From: a virus
Reading direction: 5' to 3' (one strand)
DNA length: 64,000 nt
IMG/VR virus record: IMGVR_UViG_3300037258_000282
Location: 64,001-128,000 of that record
The number at the start of each line of letters is the position of its first letter. Positions within the stretch are counted from its first letter, which is position 1. Both the position numbers and the translations under genes were made by a program. This document shows positions 37,094-47,965 of this stretch, piece by piece. The notes under the pieces are model-generated. The model was not told where the DNA came from and did no database searches. It worked only from the letters and a program-made list of their open reading frames with translations.

Positions 37094-38437
37094 TTAGAAG
37101 CTACCACCGTCTAGCGTTCCATAGGCCGGCAGGTTGTTGGTGATCTGTAGAACATACCCATTAGATCCAACTCCAAGTCTAGATAGGGCCGATGGGGCCG
37201 CAGTAGCGGCATAGAGGATGTCTCCTGCGGCATACGATCCTCCGGCCACACCAGTACCTCCGTAGGTCGCCAGAAGGGCAGTCGTCAGAGTGAGTGAGTT
37301 GGCCACGATCGTTGACGAGACGGTCGAGTTCGCCGTGATGTTGACTACGGTAGAGTTGACGACTAAGCCACCGATAGTCAGGGCGGCGAGAGTCAGAGCT
37401 CCAGTCGTCAGAGTGTTTGCCGTGATGCTGACTGGAAGCGTCGAGTTCGCCGTTACGGTAACTCCTGTGGAGTTAACTACGAATGCTCCGCCAGCTCCAT
37501 ATGGAACTAGGTAAGACTGGAGAAAGCCAACCGCGGCATTAGCTGACGCGATGTCGAATGTCGAGTGAGTATTTGGGCTCGTGTTTGACACTCCGAGCCA
37601 GAAGAATGGGGCCACGTTGGTGGACTTAGACGCTATCCTACCGAAGATGTTGTAGTATGGCGTCGATGGGCCGGATGAGTTCGCGGGAGACCACCATCCA
37701 GTATCTATGGTATCCGACGTGAGAGCCGAGAGGTTAGAGCCAAGCTCTATGAAGTTGGCGTTGACTATAAGCTCGGTCGTATTGACGAGCTCTACAGTTC
37801 CGGCGACCGTTAGGTTTCCAGATAGGGTCATATTCACGCCCTGGATGGTCGCTCCCGATACCGCCAGGTTCGATGAGATGACGGTATTAGTGCCAGCTAG
37901 GGTATTATTTCCAGTTAGAGTCTGACTCGCTACAGTCGTGACTACGTTCGACGCCGGAACCGATCCGATGTAGTTGGCGGAGTTAGCCACGATGTTAGGC
38001 TGAGAGGCAGTCTGGAGCGTTCCATAGATGTTTGTAGTCGAGATCGACGCCGCGTTTAGTGTAGTCGTACCACCGGTGTTGGCCAGTATAAGTTGAACTA
38101 GAACGTTCGCGGTAGAGTTACCAACCAGCATTCCCATCGGGTTGGTGTTTCCCGTGATGACGTGGTAGGTCGTGTTGCTTGTCTGAGTAGTAGACGAGTC
38201 ATTGACCGTCAGGATCGCTATTCCAGATATTCCAAATGTCGAGTTGACTACGAGTGCCTGGTTAGCGGTCGCGGTTCCCGGAGTCCTCTGTCCGGCGATG
38301 GGAACTATGGTCGCTCCATCGGTAGAACCTATATAGAGAACCTCTACAACGTTAGAATAAGCTAGCTCTCCAGGATTGAGCGACGCTGGAATAGAGTTTC
38401 CCGCCGAGCGCTTGATCTGAATTAAGTTGTTAGCCAT
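37094..38437 (-). CDS. Tail fibre protein
   Basis: IQIKRS..PASL.PGELAYS N-term, LSGNLTVAGT, C-terminal LDGGSF. Confidence 0.7.
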   Translation of the reverse strand: MANNLIQIKRSAGNSIPASLNPGELAYSNVVEVLYIGSTDGATIVPIAGQRTPGTATANQALVVNSTFGISGIAILTVNDSSTTQTSNTTYHVITGNTNPMGMLVGNSTANVLVQLILANTGGTTTLNAASISTTNIYGTLQTASQPNIVANSANYIGSVPASNVVTTVASQTLTGNNTLAGTNTVISSNLAVSGATIQGVNMTLSGNLTVAGTVELVNTTELIVNANFIELGSNLSALTSDTIDTGWWSPANSSGPSTPYYNIFGRIASKSTNVAPFFWLGVSNTSPNTHSTFDIASANAAVGFLQSYLVPYGAGGAFVVNSTGVTVTANSTLPVSITANTLTTGALTLAALTIGGLVVNSTVVNITANSTVSSTIVANSLTLTTALLATYGGTGVAGGSYAAGDILYAATAAPSALSRLGVGSNGYVLQITNNLPAYGTLDGGSF

Positions 38438-38530
38438 TAGATGTCCTCTGTCGTGGTGTCGATGTTATTTATTAGTTACAAGTTTTTTTTCATCAACTGT
38501 TCATTATAAGCGTCGCAGAGTCATTTATGC

Positions 38531-38716
38531 TTAAAAAAATCCACCATCAACTGAGAATAGCGTATTGATGAATCCATCCGAGCCGCCTTGAACTATGACC
38601 GAGGGATAGCTTTTCACCGTGATGGTCTGAGTGTTAGCTTTCTGAACGCGAACTTGCTGAGCGGGCGGCTGCCTCACCACTATCTTTACGTCTCCAGTGA
38701 GCCCTCCGCCGCTCAT
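38531..38716 (-). CDS. Small structural protein
   Basis: Ends VDGGFF like the neighbouring fibre; operon spacing. Confidence 0.45.
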   Translation of the reverse strand: MSGGGLTGDVKIVVRQPPAQQVRVQKANTQTITVKSYPSVIVQGGSDGFINTLFSVDGGFF

Positions 38717-38719
38717 AGC

Positions 38720-39112
38720 TTAATCCGATATTTGACTAGTATTATTTGAGTATATCTGCGAGAATGTATAGGTGTTTGGGTATGAAGCTCCAGTAACGGC
38801 TGGAGTGACCTCCACGTAGCCGTCGACGACTCTAGTCACCTGATTTGCCGTAGCTATCTGTACGTCGTATACGTACTTTCCAGGAAATATAGAGTTAGTC
38901 ACCGCGGCATTCATAGTGAGAACTATGCCTCCGGAGATGTTGTTTATAGTGGCTTGAAATGGAATAATATTAGTCGACGTGTACCATCTCTGCATGACGG
39001 CATTGACCGTATATCCCATGAGATTGATTATATCGCCGATGTTGTCAGTGACGATAATGTCAGTCGAGAAGCTAGCTCCCTGATCTATCACTAGGTCGTA
39101 TCTTATCGCCAT
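38720..39112 (-). CDS. Virion structural protein (Ig-like/BppU-like)
   Basis: LVIDQGASF, GKYVYDV, TRVVDG.VEVTPAVT. Confidence 0.65.
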   Translation of the reverse strand: MAIRYDLVIDQGASFSTDIIVTDNIGDIINLMGYTVNAVMQRWYTSTNIIPFQATINNISGGIVLTMNAAVTNSIFPGKYVYDVQIATANQVTRVVDGYVEVTPAVTGASYPNTYTFSQIYSNNTSQISD

Positions 39113-39717
39113 TACGCGCCGGTCCTCACGAAGTTGACTACGACGGAGTTAGATACCGGCGTAAACTGCAGCTGCAGGGTCGTCGCGTTAGCGGTAGCTG
39201 AGAACTCGCCCATATAGCTGTTCGTATACATCTGAGCCCATTCGGACATATACGCATTTTGCCCATCGTTTGTCGTGAGGACCTTAGAGGCGTAATAGTT
39301 GTTGGCGAGCTCGTCCTTTATCGCGACCATATATTCAGCCGCGTGAAGTCCGGAGAGTGAGTAGCTGTCGACAGTTTGAGTCGTAGTGCCCGATAGAGTC
39401 ACTGAAGAGGTGTATAGAACCGTAGATACTACTTGAACCCAAGATCCATTGGCGTTCAAAAAATACTGACCGTTGGACACCTGTGAGGTCGACGGCACGG
39501 AGACAGTGACGTTAGAAGTTGAGTTAGCGACTTCTAGAGTGCCGTTGGTATAGAGTCCACCGGCCGAAAAGGTTCCAACTAGCGCCGCATTGCCTGGAGT
39601 CGCCGCGGTGTTGGCGGTCATGACTATAGTAGACATGGCGTTGGCTATGGCGTCTGTCTGCGTCAGCCAGAACTCAAACGTGTTGGTCAGTGCGGTATTT
39701 GCTATCGATATTGTCAT
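39112..39717 (-). CDS. Virion structural protein
   Basis: TNTFEFW N-term; C-term AAEYMV..SKVLTTNDG..SEWA domain seen in T4-like fibre proteins. Confidence 0.55.
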   Translation of the reverse strand: MTISIANTALTNTFEFWLTQTDAIANAMSTIVMTANTAATPGNAALVGTFSAGGLYTNGTLEVANSTSNVTVSVPSTSQVSNGQYFLNANGSWVQVVSTVLYTSSVTLSGTTTQTVDSYSLSGLHAAEYMVAIKDELANNYYASKVLTTNDGQNAYMSEWAQMYTNSYMGEFSATANATTLQLQFTPVSNSVVVNFVRTGA

Positions 39718-39929
39718 GCGCCTAACTTTTCCAGTATTAACTTTAGTGTCGTCTTGATCTCCGCGACATCTCCCTCTAGAACCCTTAGTTTATCTACGGC
39801 TCTATTCACCTTATTGGTGTGGGCTTTCTTCATCTTATACTCACGAAGTTTCTCTAAGTCTACACTTAAGATTGCTCCAGTGTGGATGTCCATGGACAGT
39901 CCCGGTCGATCAGTAGGCACTAACTTCAT
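39714..39929 (-). CDS. Small conserved T4-like protein
   Basis: PGLSMDIHTGAIL and C-terminal coiled coil EIKTTLKLIL; usual position after VrlC-like gene. Confidence 0.6.
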   Translation of the reverse strand: MKLVPTDRPGLSMDIHTGAILSVDLEKLREYKMKKAHTNKVNRAVDKLRVLEGDVAEIKTTLKLILEKLGA

Positions 39930-39946
39930 GAGATATTTATCGGGTA

Positions 39947-42697
39947 TTATAGTTGAAGTGCGAGAGCTCTAACGTCTTTAAGTATCGGCACCTGAGCCGA
40001 AGAGTCAGCCTGAAGAACTACCTTGATCTTAAACTGTATGTAACTTTGATACAGGCTTCCCGTACTTCCCAGATATGTCAAGCCGTCGTCAGTCTGAACG
40101 TAGGCAGAGGCTCCAGCATTCGACGTCTGCCACGGAGTTCCTACCGTCAGTAACTCATCGTCTGTGACAGACACTACTGCCTGCTCATCTCCGTCGATCT
40201 GAATGATGGTTCCCGGCTGAAAGTTCAAAGTGAAGTCAGTGCTAGAGCCGACGATCTGGTTGTTGGTCGTCGAGGTAGTTACCGTTCCGTTGACTAAAGT
40301 ATTGGATCCAGTTGAGAGCCAAGCTGTAGTCGGCGGCAGCACCAGATAGTAGGTACTGTTGGTGTAGTTTCCATTGAACGGCTCATTTAGAGTCAGAACT
40401 GAGTTGCTCGATATAGAAGTGATCTGCCGAGCGGACTCAGTGAACGTCGAGTTTCCCAGCATGTTGATGAACCAACCAACTGCCAGTTCGTTCTCAAATC
40501 TCGTTCCATTTCCAGAGACGTTGACTGAGTTGTTCGGCGAGGTTATCGTTCCAGTAGTAGCTATCGAAGAGTAGTTATGCGCAGTTGAGAAAGTATAGTC
40601 ATTGAACGACGATGGATTAGCCGGATTAGAGTAGAAATCTGGAGTCTGATTTATCAGCGGGGTCCAAGTCTTAGCAGAGATTGGATCTGGATCATATGAA
40701 TTCTTAAACTTCACGTATACCAGGACGTCAGTTCCAGGAGGCCTATACGCAGTCAGCAGTATCTGAATGTCCTGTGAGTCTTGCCCCGTCGCGAGAGTCA
40801 CTGGAACGGATACGTACTTAGACTTCTCATTTCCAGTGCTGAAGAACTCATTATAGTCAAAGCCAAGCGGGTCGACTAGATTTTCAATAACGAGCTGCTT
40901 GTTCTTTACCATGTCTATCACGGGAGATAAGAACTGACTGTCTGTAGTCATCCTAGCGTGAATAGTCATAGACTTCGCACCGGCCATAAACTGCTTCTCG
41001 TTAGAATATCCCGCGACTATCCTCTCCTTATCGTAGAGATTGGTCTCATATCCAACGCTTATCGGCTGAAAGCCCGTGTCGAGCTCGTAGGTATTACTCG
41101 TGCCGGAATATTCAAACGTGACGCTAGTTCCCGCTGGAGCTATCGTCGCGAAGTTTCCAACGATCGAGTCTACTACTGGATTGAGAAGACCAGATACCTG
41201 CGCCGTCGCCACTAGAGTAGACGTGTTGGGTGAGGAGGCTAGAGATGAATTCGCGAACCTATGAAATTGAATAAAGGAAGTGCCAAAGAAAGTTCCAGAG
41301 CTCGATCCCATGTGAAGCTCTTCGTTGTTTGGGTCGATATAGAATACTACTGCGTTAGCCGCAGAGTCTATCGTGCTGACGGTAGAGTTTCCCGCGGCAA
41401 ATACTATATCTCCGGGAAGAACTTGAGACGCCGTGTTGGGATAGCTGACGTTGTATATCGACAGGTAGTCTGTGTTGGCGTTGTTGAAGTACGCGTCGCC
41501 TCCAGTAGACGTGAAGTTCGAGACAAACAGCTTGAACTTCACGTACTCAGTCTGAAGTGCGGTCCACGCCGTCGCGGTCGCCCCATAGAAGGCCGTACCT
41601 CCGACTCCAGGCTGAGAGAACATCTGAAGCCCGGTGGATACGTCGACGTCGCCTATGTTGGCGGTCCACACCTGATAATCTGGATCGTCTGAATCTGGAG
41701 CGATGACGAGAGCGTATTGCTGCCCGTTCTGCATGAATACTGGGGACTCGAAGAAGAAGCTCGTGCCAACAGTTCCAGTATTAGAAACGCTGACGTTGGC
41801 CATAGGCATGTGAACTTGAGAGAATGGAAGTATCGAATTCGTGTCTGGATATCCGTTAGTCACGTCGCAGAGGTAGACGCTAACGCCGTTATTGGCCGTA
41901 AGTGATGTCTGGTTAAAGTATAGTACTACGTACGTTCCAAATACTCCATCTTCCTGATTCGGCGTGACGATGGTAAACACCTGAGCCAGTGGATCTGCTC
42001 CAGATCCAGGTCCGCATCCTCCCCCGTGCGGCCATCCAGTATAGGACGGCGTATAGGACACTACCTTAGTTGGGCTCGGTGGAGCTACGGTGACGGTTGA
42101 ATTCGACGTCGTCACTATCGACGTGACGGTATTAACTACTGGAATAGACGATAGTAGTGGGTTGACCGTGGTTAGAGTTACCGTCTGCTTCGTTACAGAC
42201 AGATTCGACGCAGTATACTGAGCGGATGCCATGGAAGTTATGGCCGCCGCACCTAGTACGAGATTGCTGACGTCAGCGGCCTCGAGAGTGCACACTCCCG
42301 TCTTAAAAGTTGCGTCTGGAATATTGAACTGACCGGTCAGAGTGCCATTAGCGTCAGTCGTTAGAGTAGTTCCCCACGTTCCTCCGACTTGAACTTGAGT
42401 ATAATCAGAGGTGTCTGTGACGTTTACCGCATACGTGCCGTCTGGATTACGTATTCCGGGAGCGCAGTATTGATCTACGTTGATGTTGTTGAAGAACACG
42501 TGCATCTGAGCGGACGGACGAAGACCGACCGCGACAAACGAGATGATGGTTGCCCGAATGTATGGCTGCAGCGATACGTCCGTGACGTAGTTTCCTACGG
42601 TCACGGTATTGCTCTGTGGACTTACTGAAAGCTGATAGCCGCTCTGAGTAGACGTAGTCGTCGTAGTAGACGTTGTGGTCGAAGTGGTTGTTGCCAA
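39947..42697 (-). CDS. VrlC/DUF4815-like structural protein, C-terminal part
   Basis: QPYIRA, GLRPS, DPLAQVF, FESPVF, LSPVID, SKYVS, FKIKVVL..VPILKDVRALAL. Confidence 0.75.
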   Translation of the reverse strand: MATTTSTTTSTTTTTSTQSGYQLSVSPQSNTVTVGNYVTDVSLQPYIRATIISFVAVGLRPSAQMHVFFNNINVDQYCAPGIRNPDGTYAVNVTDTSDYTQVQVGGTWGTTLTTDANGTLTGQFNIPDATFKTGVCTLEAADVSNLVLGAAAITSMASAQYTASNLSVTKQTVTLTTVNPLLSSIPVVNTVTSIVTTSNSTVTVAPPSPTKVVSYTPSYTGWPHGGGCGPGSGADPLAQVFTIVTPNQEDGVFGTYVVLYFNQTSLTANNGVSVYLCDVTNGYPDTNSILPFSQVHMPMANVSVSNTGTVGTSFFFESPVFMQNGQQYALVIAPDSDDPDYQVWTANIGDVDVSTGLQMFSQPGVGGTAFYGATATAWTALQTEYVKFKLFVSNFTSTGGDAYFNNANTDYLSIYNVSYPNTASQVLPGDIVFAAGNSTVSTIDSAANAVVFYIDPNNEELHMGSSSGTFFGTSFIQFHRFANSSLASSPNTSTLVATAQVSGLLNPVVDSIVGNFATIAPAGTSVTFEYSGTSNTYELDTGFQPISVGYETNLYDKERIVAGYSNEKQFMAGAKSMTIHARMTTDSQFLSPVIDMVKNKQLVIENLVDPLGFDYNEFFSTGNEKSKYVSVPVTLATGQDSQDIQILLTAYRPPGTDVLVYVKFKNSYDPDPISAKTWTPLINQTPDFYSNPANPSSFNDYTFSTAHNYSSIATTGTITSPNNSVNVSGNGTRFENELAVGWFINMLGNSTFTESARQITSISSNSVLTLNEPFNGNYTNSTYYLVLPPTTAWLSTGSNTLVNGTVTTSTTNNQIVGSSTDFTLNFQPGTIIQIDGDEQAVVSVTDDELLTVGTPWQTSNAGASAYVQTDDGLTYLGSTGSLYQSYIQFKIKVVLQADSSAQVPILKDVRALALQL

Positions 42698-42746
42698 GGC
42701 GCTAAGCGTCTCCCGATATGCCGCTGTTAAGCGTATTTATGTTGGA

Positions 42747-45700
42747 TCAGCCGACGAATAACCCGTTGTTATAGGTCACCGGCGTTCCGTTATTGATGAA
42801 TGGACTAGTCCACGTTGAAGACGGCGTCGACGTCGCAGCCGTAGAAGTGGTAGAAGTATTGGTGGTGACTATGGTATTTGATACTGTAGACGTCGCGGTC
42901 CTCCAGTCACCCCAGATGCTCGCGTATGGACTGTTGGCGAACTGGTTCCAGGCCGAGGTGTTATTGATCGTTATCGAGGCTGAGCCCGTCGTGTTAGTGT
43001 CTATCTCGTTGTTGTACGATGGAAGGAGAGTCATCACTCCATTCCACGCGTAGGCCACGAGGGCCGCGGACCTGTACTTAGTCGCGAAGCTCTGATTCAG
43101 GAACTCTTGATGCGTGTATGGAAGTATCGTCACTCTACCGCGTCGAACGGTATTCACGGCCTCAGCATAGTTAAAGTTAACCGCAACGTTAGTCCTCACG
43201 ATCTTTGGCCGAGCCACTGAATTAACTGAATCGATGGCGACAGAGAACTCATGGTCAGACACGTCGCAGTAGCTGAAGTCGTTTAGTGGATCGGCGAATA
43301 TTCCATTCTTAAATCTGTCATTTCCACTCGCGTCTAGAACAGTAACGCTCATCGCAGACTGCTGAAGCATGTTCAGAGACACGCAGTATTCCAGGTTAGT
43401 TATCCTAGAGTCTAGCGTACCGATATCTTTCATCGTGTACCTTCTATTGGTCACGAGAGAAGTAGACATATACTTTGAAACGTCTCTAGATATACTTTTA
43501 GAGCTCTTGTTCTCAATGGTGAGCGCATCGACTTGATCTGAAGTCAGAGACGGGTATGGGGGCACGGCGATGACGGCGAGGGCCATGGCGTTGTCTGGAA
43601 ACAGCGGAGGCTGCGGCGATACTGACGACACTCCCTCTTTGATCTTTAGGATATTATCTGGAGTGATGTACACCAGATCATTCCTCGGAAGATACGCGGT
43701 GAAGTCAGACTGCATGTTCCATCCCCAGGCTGGGTTGTTGATCCCAGTTCCAGGTATATTGAACGATACGTTGGCAAGCGGATTTGTAGTCGCGTAAGTT
43801 ATGGCGGTCGCGACAGCCGCGGCGTTAGTAGTGTCGACGTACCCGGTGTCGTTGGCGGTAGATACTGCTGGAGTCCTAAAGTCAACGTAATCTCTGAGAG
43901 GTCTCTGAACTCCCTGAGAGTCTACATAGACCGGTATCTCGGTCGTGGTTATGGCCGTAGCGTTAGCGGTATTCGCGTCGTCGATCGGATAGGACTCGAC
44001 GGTAAAGAAGCCTACTCCAGGCGAGTTGTTGATAGAAAAGTAGTCGAGTTGCACTAGCAGGTATGGATTATCACTCTGCGAATACGAAGAGGTTGGATAC
44101 AGGTATCCAGGACCATAGTTAGTGTCTGTTCCACCTGAGTCGAATACGAACTGAGAGGTTATGAGTGAGCCACTCGTGCCGTACGACCCGTTGGCCGAGC
44201 CATACACGGCAGTGATGGCGTGTACGTCGGGGAATCCCAGGCAGAATGGCCCGGCCGGATTCGCGGAGCTTGCCGTGTTTATCGCGACGAAGCGATTCTT
44301 GTTTATGATCTTAGCGGCTGGATGAACGCCAGTTCTTAGAACGTCGAAGTCGACCACGCACGTCAGCGCGCTCACCGGAGCGTCTCCGTTGCCATAGCTG
44401 AACGCCACGCTAAACGACGTAGAGTTCGTGATCTCAACTAGACCCGTAACGTCTCTGTTAAACGATGAGATCGGAAGTATCGCTCCAGCTGGCCAGTACT
44501 TATAGTACGTCTGACCCGATGCGTTCGCCGAGAAGGCGGCATCTACGTAGAGTTGAGAGGAGTTCTTGACGCTGGTGATGGTACGAACGGTAGAACCAAC
44601 GAGTATCTGACTTCCCTTGATGAAGTTTTGATCGAATGTCGTACTGCTTCCAGTCACGAGAGTGTTTGCAGAACTTACCGTAATCGTTCCAGATAGCGCT
44701 GAAGAAAGATTGTTAGAGGTATTTACCAGTGTGAAGTTCTTGGCTTCTGGGTCAGTGAGAACCCCGATTCCATATGGAAGTACGTCTACTCCTCCTGAAG
44801 CAGAGGTAGTTATGGTATAAGTTCCTATTCCAGCGGTGATAGTCAGCGGAACGGAAGCCCTATATACGTACTCGGTATTTACGTTGTTAGACTGATCGCG
44901 AAGATTTTCTAGACCAGATACGCCAAAGGTGTACAGCTGCTCTGAAATAGTTGGGTTTATGATCCCGTTGAAGACCATGTCTCCAACTCCCATCACGCTT
45001 CCGTTATAGTAGACTATGGACTGGATATCAGTCGTGGATGCTCCAGAATTCATCGCGATATTGTATAGATGCAGGGCGTACTGACACCCCGCATTTCCAG
45101 GAGTTCCATCATTATACGAGAAGCACCTTACGGTAGCGGTTCCTATCTGATTTCCTACGGGAGATAGAGAGGTAAACGCCCTATTAGTTACGGCAAACTG
45201 AGCGGTGTCGTAGAGTCTGACGGTCTGTGCGGAAGTAAAAGCGAAGTTACCCGCCACCTGATCCAGGACGGCATAGCCACCATAGTTGAAGCTGATCTGC
45301 TGAGAGTTGAAAGTATTGGTGTCTACTCCCCTTCGCATCTGAACGTACGCGGTCTTGATGACCTCTACTGGGTATCCCTGGGCGTATCCCTTGCCGGTTC
45401 CTATCCTAGCCAGCGCGTTGTCAGGAGCGAGGTTCGCGGAGACAGAATTTGAAGAGGTGATGGTATCGATCGCAAATGGATTTACGACGAAGTTTCCGGC
45501 CTCATCATATACTCTAGAAGCTATGGCGCTTCCGATAGTTGAGTATAGTTGAGATTGGCTGTTAGTAGCAGATACCAGCGAGCCATATGAGTAGGTCGCG
45601 ATTGGATTGAATCCAACGGTATTGGCCGCAGTATTTGGATCTAGCGTCAGGAGTCCGCATGAGATCTTAAGTCTATCAGCTCCGGGCGCGTTGACGTTGG

Positions 45701-46421
45701 TATATCCAAGCGCGTTGTCCAGGAGAGATGGATCCTGCGCGTAGGTCACGATAGTTTCTGTCGCTACGAACCCAACGACCGAATTTCCAGCATCAGTCCC
45801 ATAGGCATTGACTATTCCAAAGGTCGGCTCTAGGATCTTAACGAACGTGCCGTTGATGAACACCACGCCGTCGGCCACTGAGATTCCATGCGCGTTTCCA
45901 TTCGTTATCGTAGAGGCGTTTGAAGTGTAGGTGTTGACTACGAATAGGTTTGAGCCATTAGCAACGCTCGAAAATACGAGCTGCTCGTTGTTTCCAAACG
46001 TCTGAGACGCGTCGTTGCCGGTATTGAGGTAGTTCAGATATACGATCTGAGTATTTGGATAATTTGACTGGAGGCCGGGGGTCGCGAACACTACTCGGGC
46101 TTGAAGGTTAGACGTTAGGCTCGTCACTAGCGCGTTGACAGAAGATACTACGTCGTAACTAGCCCCATTAGAGGCCGCGTCTGACAACCTGACGTAGGGA
46201 AGGTTGGCCACGTCGTAGATCGCGCCACCGGTAACGATATCTCCATTCTGAAACGCCCAGTCTGCGAATGACTCTACTTGATTCTGAAGTATCGTCTGAA
46301 GTTGAGTCAGCTCACGCGCCTGAACTGCCTGCGACGGCTTGAATAGAACCCGATAATATAGGTTATTGGCGTCGAAGTCGTCGTACCAGGGGGCTACGTT
46401 GAGATTAGTGGAGATCGGCAA
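42747..46421 (-). CDS. VrlC/DUF4815-like structural protein, N-terminal part
   Basis: TNLNVAPWYDDFD, YYRVLFKP, QARELTQLQTILQNQ, APGADRLKI, NRRYTMKDIG, DRFKNGIFAD. Confidence 0.85.
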   Translation of the reverse strand: MPISTNLNVAPWYDDFDANNLYYRVLFKPSQAVQARELTQLQTILQNQVESFADWAFQNGDIVTGGAIYDVANLPYVRLSDAASNGASYDVVSSVNALVTSLTSNLQARVVFATPGLQSNYPNTQIVYLNYLNTGNDASQTFGNNEQLVFSSVANGSNLFVVNTYTSNASTITNGNAHGISVADGVVFINGTFVKILEPTFGIVNAYGTDAGNSVVGFVATETIVTYAQDPSLLDNALGYTNVNAPGADRLKISCGLLTLDPNTAANTVGFNPIATYSYGSLVSATNSQSQLYSTIGSAIASRVYDEAGNFVVNPFAIDTITSSNSVSANLAPDNALARIGTGKGYAQGYPVEVIKTAYVQMRRGVDTNTFNSQQISFNYGGYAVLDQVAGNFAFTSAQTVRLYDTAQFAVTNRAFTSLSPVGNQIGTATVRCFSYNDGTPGNAGCQYALHLYNIAMNSGASTTDIQSIVYYNGSVMGVGDMVFNGIINPTISEQLYTFGVSGLENLRDQSNNVNTEYVYRASVPLTITAGIGTYTITTSASGGVDVLPYGIGVLTDPEAKNFTLVNTSNNLSSALSGTITVSSANTLVTGSSTTFDQNFIKGSQILVGSTVRTITSVKNSSQLYVDAAFSANASGQTYYKYWPAGAILPISSFNRDVTGLVEITNSTSFSVAFSYGNGDAPVSALTCVVDFDVLRTGVHPAAKIINKNRFVAINTASSANPAGPFCLGFPDVHAITAVYGSANGSYGTSGSLITSQFVFDSGGTDTNYGPGYLYPTSSYSQSDNPYLLVQLDYFSINNSPGVGFFTVESYPIDDANTANATAITTTEIPVYVDSQGVQRPLRDYVDFRTPAVSTANDTGYVDTTNAAAVATAITYATTNPLANVSFNIPGTGINNPAWGWNMQSDFTAYLPRNDLVYITPDNILKIKEGVSSVSPQPPLFPDNAMALAVIAVPPYPSLTSDQVDALTIENKSSKSISRDVSKYMSTSLVTNRRYTMKDIGTLDSRITNLEYCVSLNMLQQSAMSVTVLDASGNDRFKNGIFADPLNDFSYCDVSDHEFSVAIDSVNSVARPKIVRTNVAVNFNYAEAVNTVRRGRVTILPYTHQEFLNQSFATKYRSAALVAYAWNGVMTLLPSYNNEIDTNTTGSASITINNTSAWNQFANSPYASIWGDWRTATSTVSNTIVTTNTSTTSTAATSTPSSTWTSPFINNGTPVTYNNGLFVG

Positions 46422-46432
46422 GTGCTGCTTCC

Positions 46433-47965
46433 TTACAGGCTAATCACGACGCGATAAAGTTCGCTCTCGGTATTAGACCTATTGATGTTGTTGATATTAG
46501 TAATATAGAGTGGTCTCACGTCTTTAGCATAGATCTGTCCTACAGTATTTATTACTAGAATCGAGTTCGCGTAGTTAGAGTTCGCGACGATAACCTCGTT
46601 ATTCTGAAAGTTCTTATCTCCAGTGAGATATATCGTGTTTCCGACGATGTTAGCGATAGTTCCGAGGGCGCCAGAGTTAACTCCCTGCACTTCAGAGCTG
46701 ATGACGAACGCGTTAGTAGCGATAGTTCCACTCAAGACTTGGCTAAAGGTCGAATTGGTATATAGATTAGAGCTCTTAGATCCGTCTGGATTAGCGGCAT
46801 AAGGATTCTTAATGATTCCTATCTTGTTGTAGAGTATTCCATCTACCGGAATAGTGTTGCTCTCCGTGTTGGCGAACGCGAACGTTATCCCGATTCCCTG
46901 GAGGCTTAGCTCGGTGGATGGATCGGCACCGTGACCGCCTGGAGGTGGAACTATCGGATAGATATTTGCTCCGGATCCTACGGTCGGTGAGGCGATGAAG
47001 GCGTTAGCCCACGAGACGTTAGATCCTGGATCTACGACTACTACGCTTATGATCGTCTGAGCCGAGGTATTCACGACTGAGTAGGCCAGAACGTTAGTAC
47101 TTCCATCAGAGTCGACATACACTTGTGGGGCGATATGCGCGGTAGTGGTGCCACCTACTACAGTTCCAGTCTCTAAGTTTTGATTGAGAGTGAGAAAGTT
47201 TCCATTGACTGGATCATACGTGTGACTAACCACGATCCTAAGTTGATCGGTAAACGACGGAGTGTGGATATATATACCGCAGTTATTGAAGAACCCGCTC
47301 GTGCCAGACGCGTTTGTCGAGAGCTGAAGCACGACGTTGTTTCCATCTACTCCAACCACCGTCCCATCATACGTGGTAGTATACCCGCCTCCGCCGTTAG
47401 TTACGGGTATCACGTCGACGCCACAATACGTAGACGCCGTAGTCTGTATAGCTGAGTTGGAGACGATCGGAGCGTAGACTCCGATGCTGAAAGTCTGAAA
47501 GATATAGTTCGGAATGGAGGTAATATATCTCCACTTATACCCATCTCCAGTCTGAAAAGTCGTCGTCTGAATCGTGGACGGCTCGACCGTCGACGGGACG
47601 CCATTAGCGTTGTCGATGCACTTGAACACTGAGTATGGAGCGCCGACTCTAGGCAGCGTGAAGACGTAGAAGTCATTATCCACTAAGGTCTGAGTGTTGT
47701 CGTACCTAGAGTAGATAGTGTTGGCAACCCATAGGTTGCTGTATACCATAGGAGATATATCGGCGCCGACCAAGAGTTTTCCAAACTCCATCTGCCAGTC
47801 GTTAGTAAACTGCTCGGCGTAGTCGGTAGTCGTTACCGGCCGCGCGTTTCCAGATATAGCCACAGGGCTGGCACCGAAGCCATAGTAGAAAGAGTTATTG
47901 GAGTTTATCGCGGAGGTAAACTCATCTATCATCGCCTTCTTATAGGCCGCTAGGGTCAGTCCCAT
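46433..47965 (-). CDS. 8: Baseplate wedge gp8-like
   Basis: VFKCIDN, GDGYKWRYI, PPPGGHGADP, IGIIKNP. Confidence 0.8.
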   Translation of the reverse strand: MGLTLAAYKKAMIDEFTSAINSNNSFYYGFGASPVAISGNARPVTTTDYAEQFTNDWQMEFGKLLVGADISPMVYSNLWVANTIYSRYDNTQTLVDNDFYVFTLPRVGAPYSVFKCIDNANGVPSTVEPSTIQTTTFQTGDGYKWRYITSIPNYIFQTFSIGVYAPIVSNSAIQTTASTYCGVDVIPVTNGGGGYTTTYDGTVVGVDGNNVVLQLSTNASGTSGFFNNCGIYIHTPSFTDQLRIVVSHTYDPVNGNFLTLNQNLETGTVVGGTTTAHIAPQVYVDSDGSTNVLAYSVVNTSAQTIISVVVVDPGSNVSWANAFIASPTVGSGANIYPIVPPPGGHGADPSTELSLQGIGITFAFANTESNTIPVDGILYNKIGIIKNPYAANPDGSKSSNLYTNSTFSQVLSGTIATNAFVISSEVQGVNSGALGTIANIVGNTIYLTGDKNFQNNEVIVANSNYANSILVINTVGQIYAKDVRPLYITNINNINRSNTESELYRVVISL

